Part shown: one piece after another, positions 1-11,740 of the stretch
How positions within the stretch are numbered: position 1 is the first letter of the stretch
Layout of the letters: every line of letters begins with the position of its first letter
Source: Piromyces finnis finn
Lineage: Eukaryota > Fungi > Neocallimastigomycota
Reading direction: 5' to 3'
Assembly: GCA_002104945.1 (NCBI GenBank)
Contig: MCFH01000005.1
Coordinates: 620,001-684,000, forward strand
DNA length: 64,000 nt
The notes under the pieces: model-generated
Databases searched by the model: none
Told to the model about the DNA's origin: nothing
What the model saw: the letters and a program-made list of their open reading frames with translations, nothing else
Translations under genes and position numbers: made by a program

Positions 1-590
1 TTAATAAAAAAAACCATTATATACCCTATATACCCTTATAAAAAATAAAAAAAAAAAAGTCTGAACTAAAATCTTTAAATTGATAAAGTAATTATCATTA
101 TTACTATTATTATTTTTCTACAATCGATTCCTCATTTAATAAATTAACAATATTAGTACTTTTTTTTTTTTTTATTTTATTTTATTATTATTATAGTCAT
201 TTATTATTTATTATTATTTATTATTGTTGTTATAATTGTATTAATATATAATAATATGATTATAAATATATTATTTGAAATATAAAGATAGAAGAAAAAA
301 AAAAAAAAAAAAAAATGAAATAAAAATAAAATAATAAATAATTGTATGTCTTTGTATGTTTCTATTATAAATTAAATATATTGGCTATTGGTATATATAA
401 AAATAAAGATGAAATAATAAAAATTTTCATACATTTAAATAAGTTCTAATTATTTTTTTGATTATATAATATAAATAATAATTATATTTATAATAAAAAA
501 AGAAAATAAAGAAATATATTAATTATAAATAATTTTTAATTGTTTATATTTACAATTAAAGTACTATATAAAAAACAAAAGAAAAGAAAA

Positions 591-3500
591 TTAATGATTT
601 TGAGTAATAGTTAATTCAGATAAAGAACCATCACTAATAATTTCTAAATCTTTTTCGTTAGCTAAATGAAGTAAACAAATAAAACAAAATGCAACCGATA
701 TATCTTTAATATTCTTTTCTTGATACATATCTTTCAATCCTCCTACAACCTCTGAAAATCTGAAATCACGTTGTATTGTATTATTTTCTTCAGGATCCTT
801 TAATATTATTTAGAAAAAAAAAGGGGTGATTAATAAATTATATCTTCTTTATTTTAATAACATTTAAAAAAAAAATTACCTCTTCTTGCATAGGATCTTC
901 TGATACATAATTAATATCTTTAGTTGGTTCTGTTGTATCTTCTTTACTTCCAGAAAGCTCTTTCCAAATATTATCTTTAAGTTTTTTAACATCAACTCTT
1001 TTTGCTGATCTTGCATAATTTATTGCTAAGGATTTAATCTTTTTTGGTTTAGCAACTAATTGTTCACCATAATTACCTATATCTCCATCTACAATAGCAT
1101 CCTTTAATGCATTTTCTATTGTATTATTTTCTTCAATATTTTCAATACTATTATAACTGTCCTCTTCATCATCATCATCATCATCATTGAAGAAATAAGT
1201 TGTATTATCCATAATACCAACATTTTCACTATCACCCTTTCCTAATGCTTTTTAATATAGCAAATAATAACATATCAACATATATTCATTAATTCCTTAA
1301 TATTTAACATAAATTTATATTAATATTCATTTTATCTTTTATATATATAATATTTACTCGTTGTATGAGTTTCTTCGAATATTGGGGCATCATCTCTATG
1401 ATCAGCCCAAAAAGCTTGGTTAACATCATCTAATTATAAATAATAATAAAAGAATTTTTACAAAAGTTATTATATTTATATATATATATATATATTACAT
1501 TTATATATAGCACTAAATTTATATTTATATATATAAATGAAATTAGAATAAGAACCATCAATATTTTCTTGTATAATCTCTTCATCATCATGACTTTTTT
1601 TAAATTTAACCTAGGATATTAAATCAAATTATATATTATCATTATTAAATGTAAATATAAATTAAAAAATAGATCTAAACAAACCTTTATCTATATAATG
1701 AGATTAGTATTAAATACATACAATAACATTTGGCTTTAAGAAAAGCTTTAAGAAATCTCGTGAAGAAAAATGGGAATCTTCAGGTAATAAGAAATTATTC
1801 TTTTTATAGGTGGTATTATTTAATGTTGGTATACGGTCTGTTGATTTGAATATTTCTTCTTCGGAAACATCTTCACCATTAACAAAATCAATTGTAAAAG
1901 CTCTATTGCTTTTCTTTGCAACAGTATTACTACTTGTATTTGATGTAATATTAGATATTTCATTTGATGCTCCTTTTTCATCAACTGGATGTGATATATT
2001 TTCTATTTATACAATAATATATATTAATGGTATCAAATTTAAAATCAAATAGTTAATAAATATAAATATAAAATATATAAAATAACATATATATTTACGT
2101 TTTATTGGTCTTAATTTCCAATGACTTGGACCAGCCCAATTTTTAACCATTGTTGAATCAAAATAGGAAAAGATATTTTCTTTATCTTCTTCTGTTGAAT
2201 CATAATTATTTTTATATAGTTCATAATTATTTTCTTCAAAATTCTTAACATCTTCAGGATTTTCCATAGATTCTTTTTCCATATTTTTTGTAGAGCTATC
2301 CAAGATATAGTTTATATTTTCTGAAATTTCATTAGCATTACCATTCATATCATCATTCATATCAATTATATCAAGTTCATCATTAAATGGATTCATATCA
2401 GCTGGGAAGATTTCTTCAATATCATCATCGTCTTCTTCATAATCAAGATTTTTAATCTCGTCTTCAGCTGCTTTCAAATTTTCTTCATTAATACGTTGCA
2501 ATGCAAGCATTGTTGAAGAAATAGATTCAGCTGAGAATTCGAAATCCTTTAATGATGGACAAACATTAAATTCCATAATATTTTCAATGTTAGGTAAATA
2601 TTTATCTAATTATTAATTTAAAAGTATTTGTATTAGTTGGATTTGGATTTTTTTTTTTTTTTTTTAATATTAAATAAATAACAAAATTTAAAAATGGTAT
2701 TACAATATCGTTTAAAATAAAATAATTTTATATAAATACCTTTTAATATTGATATATCATTTAAATTTTCGTTTTCTTCATCCTCGTTAATAACATCATC
2801 ATCTATCTCAAAATCTTCACAATCTTCATCTTCTATTGCATCACTAGCATCAAAAATAATCATTCCGTTTTCATTTATACCTAAGTGATTCAATAATAAA
2901 CCTTTTGCACCTCCTTCATCAAAATCAGCACAAGTCTTTTTAAATAAAGGATCAACGCTAAATTCAAGATCGAATTTTTTTACATTTAAATTATTAATAT
3001 CTTTTTCCAAGGTAGTATTTTTTCTTATACTCTATTGTTTTATTAAAAAATAATGATAATGAAAACATAATATTACAATTAGAAAATAAATATTTTTACT
3101 ACTAAAATTGTTTCACTTTTTTTTTTTTTTTAATAGAAAGAATATAAAATATAAAATTCTCGTACTCTTTTTTTATTTGAAACTTGAACATCTTCATCTC
3201 CTTCCTCATCACTGTTATCTAGATTTTTTGAACGATTACGAACTCCTAAAAAAAAAAAAAAAAAAAAAAACATTTATACAATTTTATATTAAGTTTAAAA
3301 ACTCACTCTTTATATATATACACTTATACTAATATAGGAATGTAACATTTAATAAATTCATTATTAATAATTACTGCTATTCTCCGTAAGACCACTTAAT
3401 AACTTTCCAGTTTCCGTTGCTACAGAATCAACTCTAGAAGAATAAATTTTAACACAACCATCCAAAGTACAAGATGCTTTCTGAAAATTAATGGAATCAC

Positions 3501-4149
3501 CATCCTTTAAAATCTTCATATCATGGAAATAATCAATTAAAGCCAAATCCCAACTATTAGATGCATTAATTTTCTTATTATATTAAAATTGAAATATTTT
3601 TTAAATTAATTGTTATTTTTAATTTTTAATAATATTTAAATATTAATAAATTGTAATATAAATATAGATATATTTAATTTATAATTTATATTAGTATTTC
3701 AATATAACAAATAAATTATAACTATTTTAATTTTGATGAAATGAATTGTTTTTTTAAAAAGAAATAAATAATTAAAAAAAAAAAAAAAAAAAATCCAATA
3801 TTCCAACATTCAATTAAATTAAATTAAAACTCATTGTTTCATAATTTAAAACATTTACATTATCGGCAGCAATCTTCATCCATTCTTCAAAATGCTTGTT
3901 CATAACTTCCATTGATGGTAATTTGGTTACTGGCACTGGTTCCTGTATAGTATTCATATTTGAAGAAATCATGCTTGGTTTAGGTGGGCTTAACAATGAA
4001 AGTCTTCTTCTTCTATCATCTTTAAGACTTTGACGTCTTCTTCTTTTTTCAATTTCATCATCATTATTTTTATGAGGTGATGAACCTCTTTTTAAAGAAG
4101 TATTTTGTCTACTTCTTGGTTGATGTTTTGGTGTTATATCATTGGCCAT
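591..4149 (-). CDS. BRN1: Condensin complex subunit 2 (kleisin, Barren/Cnd2/NCAPH), multi-exon
   Basis: ORF-track exons carry kleisin-H motifs: EEWMKIAADN, ALIDYFHDM, NFQKASCTLDGCVKIYSSRVDSVATETGKLLSGL, FDLEFSVDPLFKKTCADFDEGGAKGLLLNHL, NWAGPSHWKLR, LAINYARSAKRVDVKKLKDNIW. The last exon, read by hand, is ISVAFCFICLLHLANE...DGSLSELTITQNH* with the stop at 591-593. Internal exon boundaries were not all resolved. Confidence 0.93.
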
Positions 4150-5386
4150 TTTTTTTATTTATTATTTATGCTTTTAAATAATTACGTAATAAATTTAATG
4201 TGAATGAACCCGATTATAAAAATCAATTTAATACTCTCAATTTTTTATTGATTATTATTTTTCTTTTTGAAATATATATATATATATATTTTTATTTTAA
4301 TACTTGATATTATTAAACTATTCTCGTTACTGATAAAATTATATAAATTAATAAATGAAATTTTGTTTCTCCTTTAAATATATTTAGAATTTTTGATACT
4401 TGTCGCTATTTTAATGTAAGTGAATAAAAAAATTATAAAAGCATTTATTTCAATATATATGTATTAAATATTCATTGTTTAATCCTGTAATCACTTGATA
4501 CTTTCATTAAAAAATTTAATTTTCAAATGCTTAAAATTATATATAATGGTAAAGAAACAAATAATAATATTATTATACAATAAAATAATAATAATAATTA
4601 TTAATTATTATTATTATTATTATTATTATAAAAAATGTATTAAACTTTTTTGGTTATATGATTATTTAAAAAAAAAAAAAAAAAATTTAAATTATTAAAA
4701 AATATTATTAAATAAAATTACTTTTTTATAAAATTAATTTAGTTTTTTTCGGGCCTAATATTTTTTTTATTTATTTATTAATTAAATAATCAAATCATCT
4801 TTTCTTTTTTACCTTATTGTTACTGCGAATATAATTGTTTTTTCTTTTCTTCATACCATGATTAAGAAGAAAAAACATATTTCACAATGTTTTTTTTATA
4901 AAAAATCTGTTTTTTTTTTTTTATTTATTATTTATTTCTATATATATTATTAATTATAAATTCTATTTCATAAATAGTTCTTTCTGTGTTATTATTTAAT
5001 TTTTATAAAAAAAATATATATGAAAAAAGTATAAATATATATATATATATATTTTGGAAATTATACTAATACATTTTAATGAAAAATGAAACTTGTTTGA
5101 TTTTTTAATTTTTTATTTATTCATTTATTTATTTAATTTTATTATTACTACTATTATTACTATTATTATTAACTTTTTAAATATATTTTATTTTGTTTAT
5201 AAAATTATTATGTATTATAAAAATAGATGATAATTATTTTTAATAAAAATATTAAGTATTGTGTAAAAAAAATTAAAATTTTATATAAAAAAATGAGGAA
5301 TGAAATATAATAATAATAATAATTATAGAAATAAAAAAAAAAAAAAAAAATTGTAAAGGTATTTAAAATCTTAAAAAGATTTTACT

Positions 5387-8300
5387 CTATTTATTACAAA
5401 TGATTTGAAGATCATTCATATCATTAAGATTGTCGGAATCATAACGATTTGAAGAATTATTAGTTTTATTATAAATATTATTAATATCATCATTATTAAT
5501 ATTGCTATTATTCATTCTATTCATAACAACTGGTGGATGATAATGAATTGATCTCTCATCATTTTCACTGCCGTAATTTAATGGAGTTAAACTTGTAGGT
5601 GTTTTAACATCAAATGAAGACATAGCTGATATAGGTGTTACATTTAAAGAAGTACTGTTATAATTTTTATCGTTTCCCATGTAAATACCTTTATCAATTC
5701 TTGACATTTCAAAATTACTTAAACTTCTACATCTATTATGTGAAATGAGTTGGTTTATATAGGTTCCATTTGTTGGTGCAGTGGTAGCAGAATTAGGTTT
5801 TATAAAAGGATTTGTATTGATATGTGTTTGAATTTGTACTTTTGAATTAATTTTGGAATTTTGTTGTTGTTGATAAGCTAATGGTTCATTAACATTCAAT
5901 TTCGAATGAGGTGAAATCATCATTGTATTCTTGGAATATGGATTTCCTGAAGAAGATGCTGATGTTGGTGTATGAACAGGTGTAGCATAAACATTTTCTA
6001 ATGTAGATGGATTTGTATTAATTGTTAATGAGGTTAATGGTGCAACTTGTTGATAAAGATATCTATTTGGAAGTTTACTTGAATTTTGTTTTGAATGTAT
6101 TTCAGAATATGGAGAAGGAATTTGTTGATTAGTCATTCCAGGGTTTTGATTTTGATTTGCTGGATAATGTTTTGACGGTGTTTGAAGATATGATGGCTTA
6201 ATAGGCAATTGAGTATTATAATTTGAAGTTGTTGGCATATAGTTTGATGAACTTGAAACATTGGATTCTAATGCTTGATTTCTTGGTAGAGTATTTGATT
6301 TTGTAATGGTTGACGGTATATTTAGATCTAAGGGTGTAAGTGATGATAAATTAGTTGAATTATAATAAGATGTATTCTTATTCTGGTTACACTTTGTGGA
6401 ATTAGCAAGGGAGGATAGTGATGGAGTAGATCTGTTCCTATTTAATGAATAAAAGAGATTAGCCTTTTGAGAGTTATTTCTATCAATTCTATTAATGTTA
6501 CTATAATACTGAGTATGTGAATGATTAGATAGATCATCGGTTGAGGTATGATTCTGTAATCTGTTACTAATATCTTCTGGAGTATGGTGTATAATATTAT
6601 TTGAAACATATTGTGTAGTATTATTTGAAGATAATAATCTTGAATCTGGATTAGAATAATCATTTGTATTCATTATATCAATACCATAAGAAACACTTTC
6701 ACCAATTGAACATTCTTTTGATCCTTCTTGATATGAAATAGATTCTGGTTCATTATATTTCTTTTTACCGCTAATTGATGGTAAAAATGATTTTGGTTTA
6801 GATATAAATTGATAAAGGGATGGAATAACACTTTGAATAACATTTTGCATACTATTGCTTCTTGAAGGCTTATTTTTTTGGAATGAATCTTTCATTTCTT
6901 GATTTTGAATATCATAATTTTCTTCTTGAGAATTAAAACTTGCCATTGAGTTATTATTCTCTTCAGTAACTGTTGTATATTTTACAGTTTGAATATTTCC
7001 ATTATTATATAATAATGGTTTTGGTGGAAGACTAATAGTTCTGCTTTTTTGTATTTTACCAGAAATAAAGGATCCATTATTATCATTATTTTTTGATTTT
7101 TCAAGTGGCGCATTAAATAAATCGATAAGTTCTTTTCTTTCTCTTTCAAATTGACTCTGACTTTTACTTAATTTTATATTTTTATTAGAAGCATGATCAT
7201 CATTATAATCAATGAATTCAGTACCTGGTATTTTTTTAATTTCATTCTTCAAATTACTTTTGGGTGAATATAAATCAGTAAAAGTGAGTTGGTTCTTTAA
7301 TCCTGAAACTCTGGAAGTAGATGAAGATCTTTTTAACGAACTTTTTAATGGCATTGTATTTAGATCATGATGAACATTTGAATACTTCATTTGCTCTTCA
7401 TTATCATGATGATGAATGCGATCATGTTTTTCTATCTTTTGTTTAGTAACTTGGAACAAGTCACTCGGAGAATCGATGGATGTTAATTTTATAGGTCTCT
7501 TTTTCTCTTCCATTATTGTTGATTCTTCATTACCTTTTAATAATTCATTATTGATGTTATTTTTGTTATTATTATTATCATTATTAATGTTATTTTTGTT
7601 ATTATTGTTATCCTTATTATTGTTGTTTTTGTTGTTGTTGGTAGTATCTAATATCATTCTACCGTTATTAGCATCATTTTGAGAATGAATATGAGATGAT
7701 AAGGAATCATTTTTATTTAATGGTTTATTTAAAACTTCTGGTTTTTTAAAATCTGGTAATACATCATGATTAATGCTTTTTGTTTTTGGAACAACAAATG
7801 GTTTGGTTTTTGGTGATTTATTTATTTTTTGCTTTCTTTGTTGTTCTTTTTCCTTTGCTTCATGATTTTTAGCCTGATTTTTAGTTTCCTGTCTTTTTTC
7901 CAAAAGTTCATTTACTTTTTGACTCAAATCAATTTTTGAAGAAAGAATTGGACTAATGAAATTAATTCTATCAGTAATGTATTTTTCCAACTCATCTAAT
8001 TCTTGCTTGTCAATAGTATGATTATATTTCATTTCACCTCCAGAAATACTTCTACTCTTATTACTAAATTTACTATATTTCTTATCAAGTTTAGTAACAA
8101 GAGATGAATCAAACTCAAGATTATCGAAAAAGTTATTCATGGGAGCAAAATACATACTATAAGTCTTAATATTAGGGGATTGATTTTCATCTACTTCATC
8201 TTCTTTAATAGTACTAATCTTTTTAAATGCGGTTTCTAAAGCATTTTCAAGCTTAAATGATTGCTTTGGTTCATTTTTATTACTCGCTTTTTGTTCTGAA

Positions 8301-11300
8301 CGATCCTTAATTTTTAATGGATCATGATCTTCGTCACTAATATCATTGAAAAGAGAATGTGCATTCTTATCATTATCCTTATGAATGAGATTACCTTCAG
8401 AATCAAATAAAAGATCATCGTCAACAACATTAGAATCGGATTGCAACTCATTACTTTTAACTTTAGAAAATAATAATGAAAGAGGCTTAAATGAGTTTGG
8501 TAATATTGGATCCAATGGTTTAGGCTTTGGCTTATGTAAATTAATAGCAAATGGTGATTCAAATTTATTAGAATCCAATAAAGATTTATTATCTTTATCA
8601 TTAGAAGATTCCTTTTTATTTTCAGTATGGTTTACTTTTGCCTTGATTTCAAGTGGTTTAGATTCTTTGATATCGGTAGGCTTTGCATCTTGGCGAATTT
8701 TATTCAATGCTTGTACTTCATTATTTAACTTTGTATTTTTTATATTATCTTTATTTTCATCAGAGTAATCTTCCTTGGAGGCGTTTCTTGCTGCGGATAC
8801 TAAATAATGTAAATTTCTTGTGGAATATTTCTTTTGAATTACATTAATTTCCTTCATTAACTCTTCGGAATATTTTGGTGATTCCATTAGTAATGACTCA
8901 GACATTCCATTAAGTGTGGAATCACTCATTAATGAATGATTATCTTTTTCTGTAATTTTTTCAGTATCTTTACTCATAATTCCACTACTTTCAATTTGAT
9001 CTTTTAAACTTGAAACTTGTCTTTCTACCTTTTTAACATTCTTTGAAATATCTTCTTTTTCAAACTTAAGTGAAGTTGTACTACCACTACTAACATCACT
9101 ATCCTTATTCCTATTATAATATTTATCCATATAAAGCTTAACATTCTCATTTGTAGTATTTGTTCTTCTATGTTCTAAATTACTTCTAAAACTAGTAGAT
9201 AATTTGATACTATTAATACAACTATTTCTAATGGATTTTTTACTAATTTGACTAAGATTATCTAAGGAATTTTTGTATTCTTCACCTTCCATTGAAGGTT
9301 GATTATGATGATGATAGTAAAATTTATTATTATGAATATATGTTCCTTTTTTAATATCAATAGCTTTTGATTCTTCTGAGGCACTAGTTTTTGTAGTAAA
9401 TGATGCTTTATTCTGTGATTCTTTTGATACTTCAGATTTTGCCTCCATAGCTGAATTATTTTTATTATTATCTTTATTTGAATTATCTACAGAAGTTGAT
9501 AAATCTTCATTAGAATAATTGCTTAAATTATATATTGTATTATTTTGACTAAAATGAGTGTGATCATTACTTTTATTTATATTAGATCCAATTGCCTCTA
9601 TAGGTTTTACCGAAGCTTCATGATTAGAAATCATTTGAGCTTTTGTTTGTGGAGGAATAATACTACTTCCATTAATTTCAGTTGGTAATGATACTAATGG
9701 TTGAGCAGTTTGACTAGACAAAGACATTTCATTCCATGTCTTTATTAAATTATTATTTACAAAGTTATCTATTGCTTTATTAGATGAATAAATATAATCT
9801 TTACCAATTGGTACAATAGGTACTTTTTCATTAACTGCTGTTGTTAAAGTAGTCATCATTGTTGTTGTTGTTATAATAGTCGAAACAACATTTGTTGATT
9901 TACTAATTGAAGATGTTGTTGTAGAAGTTAGAGAAGATACATTTGAATAATAATTAGGAATTGGTACTGATATTCTATTATTATCCAGATTATCCTGTTG
10001 TAATTGTTGTTGTAACTGCTTTTGGAAATGTTTTTGTAATTGTTGCTGTAATTTTTGTTGCAACTGTTGTTGTTGTTGTCGTAATTGTTGTTGTTGTAAT
10101 TGTTGTTGTTGTAATTGTTGCTGTTGTAATTGTTGTTGTTGTAATTGTTGTTGTTGTAATTGTTGTTGTTGTAATTGTTGTTGTTGTAATTGTTGTTGTT
10201 GTAATTGTTGTTGTTGTAATTGTTGTTGTTGTTGTAATTGTTGTTGTTGTTGTAATTGTTGTTGTTGTTGTAATTGTTGTTGTTGTTGTAATTGTTGTTG
10301 TAATTGCTGTTGTTGTTGCAATAATTTCCGTAACTCTTGAATTTGAATATGACTTGGAAGTTCTGGGTTAATTTTATATTGTTGTAATTGTTGATATAAC
10401 AAATTATTTTGAGTATCATTTACATTATTATCTGTATCATTATTTCTGTTTTGTAAAGAATTAATACTTAATTGGTTGATAAGATGAAGTATATTATTGA
10501 AATTTTCTATTCTATTGTTATCCAACGTATTTTGAGATGGTATATTAGTATTATAATAATCATTATGATTATCAATCACAGATGCTGAATTAATAGAATG
10601 GTCATTATTAGTAGTTGTATTAGTAGTTGTCGTCGAAGTAGATGCATGATAATTATTTAATTGTTGATGTAATTGTTGTTGTAAATGTTGTCTTTGTTGT
10701 TGTAACAATTGTTGTTGTTGTTGAAGTGTATTATTCTGATAATTGGTATAATCTTGCATAACTTTAGATGCCGGAATGACAACCTTCTCATATTGTTTTG
10801 AAATTATAGAATTTGTACCGTTAATATTATTCATAGCAATATTGTTTTGATTACTTTGATCAGAAATTTCATCTTTTTCTTGTATATCTGGTACCGATGG
10901 TTTAACTGAATGATAAGTTGGATAAATTGATGTTGAAGATATGCTTTCAAAATGTAACCAATCCATATACCATTCTAATTGACGTACCCAAAAGTTAAAA
11001 TTTTCTGCAGAAATCCAAACGTTATAATTTAAAGCTTTCAAGACAACTGTTTCTAAATAATTAATTTCATCAATTGGAAGTTCAGTTAAATCTTTTGCCC
11101 AAGTAATATTACGATAAGAATTATCTAAATAAACCTTATTACAAATTAATAAACAAACAAGCCAGACTTTGTATATGGATGAAAGTTTATTAAAGTATTG
11201 AGGTAATTTTGATCTCAAAATATAAAAAAAGTACAATGACATCACTGTCACCGACGTAGGTATACCAGTATGATATAAGGTATAATGAATGAATTTTCTA

Positions 11301-11740
11301 AATTCTACATATTTTTTCAAAATTGCTTTTGCATAAACAGTAATATTAACATCCTTTGGCATATCCATATTGTTATTCAAATGTATAAATAAACATACAA
11401 AATTGGACATCGTCGATACACTAAAATTCATCAGACATCTTGACGAATTAATTTTTGATTGATGATAATGAAGATGATATGATGCAGCACATTCTATATT
11501 TTCAACCACATTTGTTTCTACTATATTCATTTCTTTGTTAACTCTATTTTCAGTGAATAATTTTATAATTTCTTGAGTTGATGCTTTAATTTTATTTTTA
11601 ATATCATCATAATTTGAATGTTTATTTACAGCATCAATTTTACCGACTTCAACACTTTTATTTATTTCGTAATCTTTATTTTTCAATGCTTCATTAAGCA
11701 ATATATTGATCTGATTTTCAGTATTATTCTCTACAATCAT
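5387..11740 (-). CDS. Pho80/Pcl-family cyclin-box protein, 2117 aa, single exon, with polyQ and a long low-complexity C-terminus
   Basis: An N-terminal cyclin fold (GIPTSVTVMSLYF...YKVWLVCLLICNKVYLDNSYRNITWA...EINYLETVVLKALNYNVWIS) matches the Pcl/Pho80 pattern. The remainder is N/Q/S/K-rich. Confidence 0.75.
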   Translation of the reverse strand: MIVENNTENQINILLNEALKNKDYEINKSVEVGKIDAVNKHSNYDDIKNKIKASTQEIIKLFTENRVNKEMNIVETNVVENIECAASYHLHYHQSKINSSRCLMNFSVSTMSNFVCLFIHLNNNMDMPKDVNITVYAKAILKKYVEFRKFIHYTLYHTGIPTSVTVMSLYFFYILRSKLPQYFNKLSSIYKVWLVCLLICNKVYLDNSYRNITWAKDLTELPIDEINYLETVVLKALNYNVWISAENFNFWVRQLEWYMDWLHFESISSTSIYPTYHSVKPSVPDIQEKDEISDQSNQNNIAMNNINGTNSIISKQYEKVVIPASKVMQDYTNYQNNTLQQQQQLLQQQRQHLQQQLHQQLNNYHASTSTTTTNTTTNNDHSINSASVIDNHNDYYNTNIPSQNTLDNNRIENFNNILHLINQLSINSLQNRNNDTDNNVNDTQNNLLYQQLQQYKINPELPSHIQIQELRKLLQQQQQLQQQLQQQQQLQQQQQLQQQQQLQQQQQLQQQQLQQQQLQQQQLQQQQLQQQQLQQQQLQQQQLQQQQLQQQQLRQQQQQLQQKLQQQLQKHFQKQLQQQLQQDNLDNNRISVPIPNYYSNVSSLTSTTTSSISKSTNVVSTIITTTTMMTTLTTAVNEKVPIVPIGKDYIYSSNKAIDNFVNNNLIKTWNEMSLSSQTAQPLVSLPTEINGSSIIPPQTKAQMISNHEASVKPIEAIGSNINKSNDHTHFSQNNTIYNLSNYSNEDLSTSVDNSNKDNNKNNSAMEAKSEVSKESQNKASFTTKTSASEESKAIDIKKGTYIHNNKFYYHHHNQPSMEGEEYKNSLDNLSQISKKSIRNSCINSIKLSTSFRSNLEHRRTNTTNENVKLYMDKYYNRNKDSDVSSGSTTSLKFEKEDISKNVKKVERQVSSLKDQIESSGIMSKDTEKITEKDNHSLMSDSTLNGMSESLLMESPKYSEELMKEINVIQKKYSTRNLHYLVSAARNASKEDYSDENKDNIKNTKLNNEVQALNKIRQDAKPTDIKESKPLEIKAKVNHTENKKESSNDKDNKSLLDSNKFESPFAINLHKPKPKPLDPILPNSFKPLSLLFSKVKSNELQSDSNVVDDDLLFDSEGNLIHKDNDKNAHSLFNDISDEDHDPLKIKDRSEQKASNKNEPKQSFKLENALETAFKKISTIKEDEVDENQSPNIKTYSMYFAPMNNFFDNLEFDSSLVTKLDKKYSKFSNKSRSISGGEMKYNHTIDKQELDELEKYITDRINFISPILSSKIDLSQKVNELLEKRQETKNQAKNHEAKEKEQQRKQKINKSPKTKPFVVPKTKSINHDVLPDFKKPEVLNKPLNKNDSLSSHIHSQNDANNGRMILDTTNNNKNNNNKDNNNNKNNINNDNNNNKNNINNELLKGNEESTIMEEKKRPIKLTSIDSPSDLFQVTKQKIEKHDRIHHHDNEEQMKYSNVHHDLNTMPLKSSLKRSSSTSRVSGLKNQLTFTDLYSPKSNLKNEIKKIPGTEFIDYNDDHASNKNIKLSKSQSQFERERKELIDLFNAPLEKSKNNDNNGSFISGKIQKSRTISLPPKPLLYNNGNIQTVKYTTVTEENNNSMASFNSQEENYDIQNQEMKDSFQKNKPSRSNSMQNVIQSVIPSLYQFISKPKSFLPSISGKKKYNEPESISYQEGSKECSIGESVSYGIDIMNTNDYSNPDSRLLSSNNTTQYVSNNIIHHTPEDISNRLQNHTSTDDLSNHSHTQYYSNINRIDRNNSQKANLFYSLNRNRSTPSLSSLANSTKCNQNKNTSYYNSTNLSSLTPLDLNIPSTITKSNTLPRNQALESNVSSSSNYMPTTSNYNTQLPIKPSYLQTPSKHYPANQNQNPGMTNQQIPSPYSEIHSKQNSSKLPNRYLYQQVAPLTSLTINTNPSTLENVYATPVHTPTSASSSGNPYSKNTMMISPHSKLNVNEPLAYQQQQNSKINSKVQIQTHINTNPFIKPNSATTAPTNGTYINQLISHNRCRSLSNFEMSRIDKGIYMGNDKNYNSTSLNVTPISAMSSFDVKTPTSLTPLNYGSENDERSIHYHPPVVMNRMNNSNINNDDINNIYNKTNNSSNRYDSDNLNDMNDLQIICNK
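10003..10320 (-). repeat. Coding polyglutamine minisatellite, (LQQQQ)n / (LQQQQQ)n
   Basis: The plus strand reads ttgttgttgttgtaa repeated (TTA CAA CAA CAA CAA on the minus strand), in 15- and 18-nt units. Confidence 0.95.

Noticed and set aside
9928-10419. Track ORFs 9928-10419 (-, poly-N) and 9961-10371 (+, poly-V)
   Set aside because: They are alternative-frame and antisense shadows of the polyQ repeat in the cyclin gene.
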